From: a virus
Lineage: Duplodnaviria; Heunggongvirae; Uroviricota; Caudoviricetes
IMG/VR virus record: IMGVR_UViG_2734482785_000020
Location: 1-11,969 of that record
DNA: 11,969 bases
Reading direction: 5' to 3' (one strand)
Shown here: in pieces, positions 6,532 to 11,969 of the stretch
Layout: each line of letters begins with the position of its first letter
Position numbering within the stretch: position 1 is the first letter of the stretch
Notes under the pieces: generated by a model
Told to the model about the DNA's origin: nothing
Databases searched by the model: none
The model's input: the letters and a program-made list of their open reading frames with translations, nothing else
Program-made: the position numbers and the translations under genes

Positions 6532-7584
6532 TCACGAATTAAACGTAATCACCCCTTCATCCACCGCCGCATAAAGGTTCACATTCGCCAGTCCATAGCC
6601 CTGATGACGCCATGCCCGCATGTTCAGACGTTTGGTGTCTTCGTTCATGTCGAACTCTGTACGGTAAGAGCCTTCAATGATGTTAATCAGCAGGTTCGAA
6701 AGTGTGGTCACAGCCAGGCGTCCACCCGGCATAAACGGCGGCACAAAGGCAAAATGCCCGGCAATGGTGCTTCCCCATGCGCTGGCGGCTTCGGTGTCTC
6801 CTGCGCCGTTTGCGGTGCTGAAAAGACGCAGACGTTCAGCAGCTGCAAGTTCTGATCCCACCATCACCACAAGGCGCGGATCGTTCTGCCATTGTGCGGG
6901 AATTTTCGTTCTAATCAGATGCTGCGCCAGTGCATCCACCCCCGGAAAATCACCGCCTGCGCCCAGCGTGATGGCATCGCTGATAATCTGTCGCCCTTCG
7001 CTGGTCTTCCTGGCAATTTCATGCCAGCCGGGCGCAACATCCTCGCCGTTCGGGTTGATGTTCGGTGCGGTGAAGGTTGCCGCTGACGTGCCGTTAAAGC
7101 CAATCCGCAGATCATCCAGGTAAATTTTACTGGTCAGATAGCCACACAAAATCCCCAGCAGTGCATCGCGGTTTTTATCGTCATTCACTGCATTGGCCAT
7201 CACAACCAGGTTAATCCAGTCGAGATATTCACATGAGTCCATCTCATAGCATTCAACCGGAGAGCCTTTAATATCCATGGCACGGCTAAAGCGTCCTTCC
7301 TCGGCGCGTCCGGTGGATAAGCGCGCATCCCCAATAAGGTTAATAGCGGACTGATGCGGATTAACTGACAGATATTTTATTTGCCCGGAAAGCCAGTTAG
7401 AGGGGGAAATAAAATGCACAAACGGATTTTTTTGCGTGTATGCGCTGATACGTGCGTAAAGCTCTCTTTCTGCAAGCACGGTATTAATGGCGCTTTCGTT
7501 TTCGTTCATCGCCGGAGATGAAATATTGATACTTTCAAGCACGCTTTCGGCTTTATCTTTCAGTTCATTAATATTAAAAAACAT
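6532..7584 (-). CDS. P2 gpN-family major capsid protein homolog (about 350 aa)
   Basis: Alignment by eye with the recalled P2 gpN sequence: GFNG...V.GW, G.GGD...DAL and DP.LVV.VG..L.A blocks (ours LRIGFNGTS ... VAPGW ... LGAGGDFPGVDALA ... QNDPRLVVMVGSELAA) in the same order and spacing. Start placed at ATG 7584 (MFFNINELKDK) with an AGGGGA Shine-Dalgarno; the ORF-track start at 7656 would overlap the upstream gene by about 60 nt. Confidence 0.65.
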   Translation of the reverse strand: MFFNINELKDKAESVLESINISSPAMNENESAINTVLAERELYARISAYTQKNPFVHFISPSNWLSGQIKYLSVNPHQSAINLIGDARLSTGRAEEGRFSRAMDIKGSPVECYEMDSCEYLDWINLVVMANAVNDDKNRDALLGILCGYLTSKIYLDDLRIGFNGTSAATFTAPNINPNGEDVAPGWHEIARKTSEGRQIISDAITLGAGGDFPGVDALAQHLIRTKIPAQWQNDPRLVVMVGSELAAAERLRLFSTANGAGDTEAASAWGSTIAGHFAFVPPFMPGGRLAVTTLSNLLINIIEGSYRTEFDMNEDTKRLNMRAWRHQGYGLANVNLYAAVDEGVITFNS

Positions 7585-7594
7585 ACATTTCCCC

Positions 7595-8470
7595 TTAAAT
7601 AATATCTTTCTTTTCGGTATGTACAGACAGCAAAGCGGTCGCCGCATCCCGTTCAATTCGTGGCATACTTATTCTGGTATATTCCTGTAACGTCATCGCG
7701 TGGCGAATGGATTCGCTGCCGTTGCTGTAATAATGCTTCGTCAGAGTGCGTAACGCATCATTAATATATTCCTGCCGCAAATGGTTGTATTTAGCCATTA
7801 CTGAATAAGGAATGAATTTGATTTCCTCATTGCGTAAAGTGACGATCGCACTGACTGCCGAAATAATCTCCTTATAAAGATTGATACGGCGATTTGTTTC
7901 CGCCTCCAGTCCGTCAAGCGAAGCGGAAAAAATCCACGCATTATCGCCATCATGAGAAAGATTTTTCCCTGTATTAATAAGGCGTATAGCTTGCTCACAG
8001 GTGGCGCGCGTCTTGCCGCAATTTCGTTTCTCATTTTCAAGCAGATGCGTTTCATGCTCGATAACGTCTTTTACTGAATACCGATCACCATAAGGGTTAT
8101 CAGCACCAGTGGGCTGTAACGGAGTGTTACGCAATTCGCTGATTTTATTTTCCTGAGCAGTCACTTTGTTTTCTGCTTCGCGGATTTTTTGCTGAATTCG
8201 CGCAATGGCAATATCGCAATCTTCCGCAATATCCCGCATTTCTTCATCACTGATTTCATGCACTAATGGCAGGCAATACCCTGTGATATCGCGATATTCC
8301 TCGGCGTGTCTGTGCATGTATTTTGATGCAATGATATCTATCAGGCGAATAACCAGAGAGACTTCAGATTGTCCCTTTTGATATACAAAACTACGGGACC
8401 ACGATGCAATCGTGGTCATTTCCGGGCAGTTTTTAAAAACGGGTGTTAATATCGTGATTGTGTTTTCCAT
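7595..8470 (-). CDS. Hypothetical protein (291 aa), unknown function, with a predicted helical central segment
   Basis: Long ORF with GGAG upstream; stop 10 nt before the capsid-like start. The central segment (IARIQQKIREAENKVTAQENKISELRN) looks coiled-coil-like. No catalytic motif recognised. Confidence 0.6.
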   Translation of the reverse strand: MENTITILTPVFKNCPEMTTIASWSRSFVYQKGQSEVSLVIRLIDIIASKYMHRHAEEYRDITGYCLPLVHEISDEEMRDIAEDCDIAIARIQQKIREAENKVTAQENKISELRNTPLQPTGADNPYGDRYSVKDVIEHETHLLENEKRNCGKTRATCEQAIRLINTGKNLSHDGDNAWIFSASLDGLEAETNRRINLYKEIISAVSAIVTLRNEEIKFIPYSVMAKYNHLRQEYINDALRTLTKHYYSNGSESIRHAMTLQEYTRISMPRIERDAATALLSVHTEKKDII

Positions 8471-8475
8471 AAATG

Positions 8476-8787
8476 TTACTCCGGTAAATCAGTGTCTCTC
8501 TTTTTCTTTTTAGCGTGTTCATGCGGGTTATTTGCTTCGGCAATAGTTGGCGGATTGCGCAACCACCATAAAACATCACTTAACAACCAGGTGCATGAAC
8601 AGCGCCCCAAAGAATGACGGGGAGGAAAAGCGCCGATTTTCTCCAGTTCCCAACGCCGGGAGCGTGAAAGCGTTGTCATCTTTTTACACTTCTCTTCCCT
8701 GATGCGTTCTTCGCAGTCAAAACCATACTCGGCGAGTATGGTGCGACGCTGTTCTGGAGTTGGTGGAATGAATGCGGATTGAGTCAT
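8476..8787 (-). CDS. AlpA-like helix-turn-helix regulator with an N-terminal extension (103 aa)
   Basis: C-terminal half (MTTLSRSRRWELEKIGAFPPRHSLGRCSCTWLLSDVLWWL) fits the AlpA/Xis-type HTH pattern (S.S.....E..G.FP....LG.....W...EV..W). GGGAG Shine-Dalgarno 7 nt upstream of ATG 8787. The roughly 36-aa N-terminal extension is unexplained. Confidence 0.6.
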   Translation of the reverse strand: MTQSAFIPPTPEQRRTILAEYGFDCEERIREEKCKKMTTLSRSRRWELEKIGAFPPRHSLGRCSCTWLLSDVLWWLRNPPTIAEANNPHEHAKKKKRDTDLPE

Positions 8788-8860
8788 GTTTTTCTCCCGT
8801 GCTCTGAACTTTTCGGGGGTTATTTTTCACAAACCGCTCCAATCAGCTCAAGGAGAAGAG

Positions 8861-8894
8861 GGCTAAATTAGCCTACCGGAAGGCTAATTTAGCG
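8861..8894. promoter_or_regulatory. Tandem palindromic operator-like sites (GGCTAAATTAGCC, 8 bp, GGCTAATTTAGCG) upstream of the alpA-like gene
   Basis: Two 13-bp near-palindromes centred 21 bp apart (two helical turns); together they form a 12-bp perfect inverted repeat. They lie in the 121-bp gap between the cargo ORF stop and the alpA-like start and are followed on the + strand by a T-rich run. Confidence 0.45.
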
Positions 8895-8908
8895 TTTAGA
8901 GAATAATT

Positions 8909-9964
8909 TTATCTTTTTAACCAATTGGTTATAGTGTCCTTCGAAATAGTAAATTTCTTTCCATTTTTTTCTGCAATCGCCTCTAGTGCTGTCGCTATCT
9001 TGGTTGGTTGGTCTTTCACGTCACTGAGATACTCACCTATAAGTAAAGCCAAAACATCCCGCATACGGCCAGATACGCGTTCTGACTTAGGTTTTGAGTG
9101 TGTTAATTTGTTGTCTTGGGATGTTGATTTGCTATCAGTCTCTGGAAGGGGGCCAAATGCGGAGGCTCTCCATTTATGAAGATTAGACATAATATAGGAG
9201 CTGTATTTCTTTGTCATTACACCATCACTACCCTCATTATTAATAACACTTTTAATAGTTAAAAAATCTGACTTTGACAGATACAAATCATCAATATCAA
9301 ACTTAATTTCTTTATCAGTTAACAGGCTTACGCTGAAATTACTATCAGGCGCATATATTCTATTGTCTTCACCTGGTTGAATTAACGGGCGAAATTTCCA
9401 TACACTGAAGAAAAAATCGGCATCTAATCCAAAAAAACCATGAACACTAGCATAGTATTTTAAATTTGGTGTAGAGGCATCTATTCCATATCGTGCTAAA
9501 CTTTCTAATTCTCTTTTAAGTGAGTCAGGAAATAATAAAACACTATTCACCACGCAAAAATCATCGCTCACACATAAATTAGTTTTGTAAGTAAAACTTT
9601 GATAAAAATCCCTTACATCCAGATTATCTATTGCAGATATTCCACCTGAACGCCTTTCTATTATATCAACAATGCGCCCGGCAATCTCGCTAAAGTTATT
9701 AAATGACTCATCAAGCCCTAAAAAGACCTCTTTTTCTGACTCATTCAATTCTTGTAAATCGTTAACAAAATCAATTAATTTATCATGCCAGACAAAATTA
9801 TCAGCACAAAATGGTTCAACATAGCAATAACCATCTTCAATCAATATATATAACCTTATATTCCCAGTCATAGCCCAATGAATAAAATCATCAACTGTAC
9901 AACCTAACAACTCCGCAGCCCTTGTTATTGGGTAAAACTCTCTTAGCGGTAATGCCATATTCAT
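8909..9964 (-). CDS. Hypothetical cargo protein (about 351 aa) with N- and C-terminal helix-turn-helix-like segments; AT-rich
   Basis: A 357-codon ORF open from TTG 9982; first ATGs at 9964 and 9958. N-terminus YPITRAAELLGCTVDDFIHWAMTGNI and C-terminus KIATALEAIAEKNGKKFTISKDTITNWLKR both resemble HTH motifs; the middle roughly 200 aa has no recognised motif. The composition is far more AT-rich than the integrase and the backbone, and the gene starts about 15 nt after the integrase stop. Confidence 0.65.
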   Translation of the reverse strand: MNMALPLREFYPITRAAELLGCTVDDFIHWAMTGNIRLYILIEDGYCYVEPFCADNFVWHDKLIDFVNDLQELNESEKEVFLGLDESFNNFSEIAGRIVDIIERRSGGISAIDNLDVRDFYQSFTYKTNLCVSDDFCVVNSVLLFPDSLKRELESLARYGIDASTPNLKYYASVHGFFGLDADFFFSVWKFRPLIQPGEDNRIYAPDSNFSVSLLTDKEIKFDIDDLYLSKSDFLTIKSVINNEGSDGVMTKKYSSYIMSNLHKWRASAFGPLPETDSKSTSQDNKLTHSKPKSERVSGRMRDVLALLIGEYLSDVKDQPTKIATALEAIAEKNGKKFTISKDTITNWLKR

Positions 9965-9978
9965 TCTCGCAAATAAAA

Positions 9979-11181
9979 TCAATCTCTTTTATTCAGTTTT
10001 TCCAGATATTCAAACCAGTCATTTAACGCTTGTAATTTAAAAGGAATATACTGGCTAAGGTTATAGTTAAATTCTGCCGAGCCAGCATTATAAACGTGCC
10101 CTAATAATGACTCGACAATATGAGGCATCACCCCCATATTATTTAGCCCCGTTGAAAATGTTCGTCTTAAATCGTGTAGCGTCCATTTCTCATTATGGCC
10201 AAACATTTTATACATTCGACGACCTTTCAGGGATACGGCTGTGTGTGTTCGTTCTTCCCCTAAAAGCAATCCTGTATCTCCTGTTTTTCCCTTTAAATCT
10301 TTTAACCAACCTCTTATAGCTACAGGTATTGGGCGAACAATTTTTTTACTGTTTTTGCTATTCCCCCGTGGAACTGTCCATTCCCATGAAATGAAATCCC
10401 ACTCACTCCAACGGGAGCGGCGCAACTCTGCCGTTCTGGCACCAAATAAAATCAATAGTTTTATTAGTCGAGAAAAATAAATATCTCCGCGCTCTTCTTT
10501 TCCAAAACGCCAAAGATCTGCTAATTCCCTGTCACTCAACACTCGATCGCGTTGCCCGGCAGCTTCGCCCACATCGCTTAAAGTTAAGTGGGCAAGCGCA
10601 TCGCAAACGGCATAATGCCGAACATTACAGAACCTCAATGCCTGTTTTGCGTGTTGAAACATTCTTCCGGCTGTTTTGGGGCTGATTGCACGTATTTCGT
10701 CAAAGCAGTTAACCCAATACCGCGTATCGCACCGTGATAACGGAAAACTCCCAATTCTGGGGTAAATATGTTTGCACAATTGCGCCCGTATCAGATCTTC
10801 ATCTTTGCGTTTGTGCCTTGCATAGTTAACAAGCCAGTACTCCAGCGCATCCCGAACAGTAACAGGGGTGCGGGTTTCTTCGGTAAAAAGCTGAATCTCA
10901 ATTTTGGGGTTAAGTCCGTTAGCCAACCAGTGGCGGCAGCGTTCCCGCCATTTACGGGCATCTTTCAAACTCATATCAGGATAACGCCCCAACGTTACCC
11001 GATTAAGAGTGCTATCACGCCCACCGAGCCGATATGAAAAAACCCAGCTCACATGCCCTCTTGTGGACAATCTAACCCCCAGCCCTTCACCATCAGCAAT
11101 CATCTCAACATGCTTTCTGGTTGTGCCTGTCAGGGCTTTTAGTTTCCTGTCACTCAGCTTATTAGTTCCAGACACCTTCAT
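9979..11181 (-). CDS. P4-type tyrosine integrase (about 400 aa)
   Basis: N-terminal arm-binding-type domain (GLGVRLSTRGHVSWVFSYRLGGRDSTLNRVTLGRYPDMSLKDARKWRE) and C-terminal catalytic core (LHDLRRTFSTGLNNMGVMPHIVESLLGHV...). Start at ATG 11181 (MKVSGTNK) with GGAG upstream; the ORF-track extension to 11271 has no ribosome-binding site. Confidence 0.85.
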   Translation of the reverse strand: MKVSGTNKLSDRKLKALTGTTRKHVEMIADGEGLGVRLSTRGHVSWVFSYRLGGRDSTLNRVTLGRYPDMSLKDARKWRERCRHWLANGLNPKIEIQLFTEETRTPVTVRDALEYWLVNYARHKRKDEDLIRAQLCKHIYPRIGSFPLSRCDTRYWVNCFDEIRAISPKTAGRMFQHAKQALRFCNVRHYAVCDALAHLTLSDVGEAAGQRDRVLSDRELADLWRFGKEERGDIYFSRLIKLLILFGARTAELRRSRWSEWDFISWEWTVPRGNSKNSKKIVRPIPVAIRGWLKDLKGKTGDTGLLLGEERTHTAVSLKGRRMYKMFGHNEKWTLHDLRRTFSTGLNNMGVMPHIVESLLGHVYNAGSAEFNYNLSQYIPFKLQALNDWFEYLEKLNKRD

Positions 11182-11188
11182 AACTCCA

Positions 11189-11214
11189 ATGTGTATACAC
11201 GTATTGATACACAT
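11189..11214. promoter_or_regulatory. Palindromic element (ATGTGTAT-N10-ATACACAT, containing the perfect palindrome GTGTATACAC) abutting the integrase ribosome-binding site
   Basis: Read directly from the sequence; it sits 8-33 nt upstream of the integrase start codon. Candidate operator or RNA structure controlling integrase expression. Confidence 0.35.
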
Positions 11215-11355
11215 AACATGGTAATACTCAGAAAAACTGAAGTCACCCAAGAACAGAAAATGCTGTAACACAATGGAATTAAATAATTTTTTATACGGAA
11301 CGTGAAAAAGTCAGAAAGGGAGAGAACAAGAAAAACATTACTTCTTGCGTTATTT

Positions 11356-11383
11356 TCGGCACCTTTTATGTAGCGAAGGTGCC
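11356..11383. other. 9-bp inverted repeat CGGCACCTT / AAGGTGCCG with a 10-nt loop in the integrase-upstream intergenic region
   Basis: Perfect inverted repeat in AT-rich intergenic DNA, followed on the + strand by a T-rich stretch. Could be a terminator, an att-associated site or a regulator-binding site. Confidence 0.3.
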
Positions 11384-11670
11384 GGAATATATTCTCTTTT
11401 GTTACTTATTTCTATACCGTGCACAATATTTTTATCCCTCATATTTATAGGGTAAATTACCTGTAAAGTAGTGTCTAATTACCCGCCTCGCAAACTCCAG
11501 TTTTCAAATATCTATTTCAGGTCAAAAGATTGAATTATTCACTGGAGACGATTCGTAAATTCGCTGGATTTTTGACTAAAGTTTCTTTAGGATTTGTCTC
11601 ATCGTATGATTAATTACACCAATCGTTCAACGTCTTGCTGATAAGTGATGGCGATTATATGAGGTTAGCA

Positions 11671-11799
11671 ATGCCTTCTGGAAATCAGGAACCCCGCCGC
11701 GATCCTGAATTAAAACGTAAAGCCTGGCTGGCGGTTTTTCTTGGTTCTGCACTTTTCTGGGTGGTTGTCGCACTGCTGATTTGGAAAGTGTGGGGATAA
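11671..11799 (+). CDS. Small single-pass membrane protein (42 aa)
   Basis: ATG 11671 with GAGG about 7 nt upstream. Translation MPSGNQEPRRDPELKRKAWLAVFLGSALFWVVVALLIWKVWG has a charged N-terminus and one hydrophobic helix. Stop TAA 11797-11799. Confidence 0.5.
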   Translation: MPSGNQEPRRDPELKRKAWLAVFLGSALFWVVVALLIWKVWG

Positions 11800-11801
11800 C
11801 T

Positions 11802-11969
11802 ATGGTCGGTCAGGAGCAACTGGAGTCGTCACCATTATGCCAGCATAGTGACAATGAAACAGAAACGAAACGGGAATGTTCCGTCGTTATTCCAGACGAC
11901 TGGCAACTAACATCGCAGCAGCAAGCCTTTATAGAACTGTTTGCTGAAGATGATCAGCCGAAACAATAA
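11802..11969 (+). CDS. Small acidic protein (55 aa)
   Basis: ATG 11802 lies 2 nt after the upstream stop, with GGGGA 6 nt upstream. Translation MVGQEQLESSPLCQHSDNETETKRECSVVIPDDWQLTSQQQAFIELFAEDDQPKQ; stop TAA at 11967-11969, the window end. Confidence 0.45.
   Translation: MVGQEQLESSPLCQHSDNETETKRECSVVIPDDWQLTSQQQAFIELFAEDDQPKQ

Larger units (their letters stand above)
282..11300 (-). mobile_element. P4/P2-hybrid satellite-like integrative element (integrase, cargo, AlpA-like regulator, capsid homolog, alpha-like primase-helicase, second recombinase, iteron region, Ogr-like activator); boundaries uncertain
   Basis: Co-linear minus-strand gene array combining hallmark P4-type genes (integrase, AlpA-like, alpha-like primase-helicase) with P2-type genes (Ogr-like, gpN-like capsid, P2-size integrase). 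No att direct repeats or tRNA were identified, so the ends are approximate. Confidence 0.55.

Noticed and set aside
6604-7123. ORFs 6604-6855 (+), 6677-7123 (+), 6892-7086 (+) and 6915-7115 (-) inside the capsid-like gene
   Set aside because: Shadow frames of a gene with recognisable gpN-family blocks; the translations are Arg/Ala/Ser-rich, as expected for out-of-frame reading of GC-rich coding DNA.
7585-7656. Upstream start (7656) for the capsid-like gene
   Set aside because: It would overlap the preceding gene by about 60 nt and adds a non-homologous Cys/Lys-rich leader; the ATG at 7584 has a Shine-Dalgarno.
7487-8055. ORFs 7487-7690 (+) and 7798-8055 (-)
   Set aside because: They overlap the capsid-like and 291-aa genes in other frames, with no ribosome-binding sites.
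8861-8910. Rho-independent terminator for the cargo gene on the minus strand
   Set aside because: The hairpin is followed by a T-run only on the + strand; on the minus strand it lacks a U-tract, so an operator or + strand-oriented structure is more consistent.
8925-11224. Plus-strand ORFs 8925-9179, 10107-10319, 10241-10480, 10768-11037 and 11009-11224
   Set aside because: All are antisense to the cargo ORF or the integrase; none has a convincing start context or motif.
11182-11271. N-terminal 30-codon extension of the integrase ORF
   Set aside because: No Shine-Dalgarno before the upstream start; the extension is read through a palindromic regulatory element; the downstream ATG with GGAG gives a standard P4-type N-terminus.
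1-11969. CRISPR array, tRNA or rRNA genes, insertion sequences or transposase
   Set aside because: No regularly spaced direct repeats with unique spacers, no tRNA-like T-arm or acceptor sequences on either strand, and no DDE-transposase-like ORF or IS-type terminal inverted repeats were seen.

Overview
The window reads as one compact prophage-satellite-like integrative element of enterobacterial type, with every element gene on the minus strand, flanked on the left by a hok-family type I toxin gene (1-147, +) and on the right by two tiny coupled + strand ORFs. Right to left: a P4-type tyrosine integrase (9979-11181); a markedly AT-rich 357-codon cargo ORF with helix-turn-helix-like termini (8909-9964), the strongest candidate for an undescribed accessory or anti-phage function; an AlpA-like regulator (8476-8787); a 291-aa unknown (7595-8470); a homolog of the P2 gpN major capsid protein (6532-7584); a chain of tightly coupled small ORFs (5338-6445); an AT-rich 101-aa ORF (4965-5270); a P4 alpha-like primase-helicase (2251-4920); a second, P2-Int-sized tyrosine recombinase translationally coupled to it (1247-2248); a ~300-bp array of GGTCACA/TGTGACC iterons bounded by 32-bp inverted repeats and G9/C9 tracts (687-992); and an Ogr/Delta-type zinc-finger activator (282-536, GTG start). 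No tRNA, rRNA, CRISPR array or transposase was found, and no att direct repeats could be identified, so the element boundaries are uncertain. All functional calls rest on motif recognition by eye and recalled family sequences; no database search was run.
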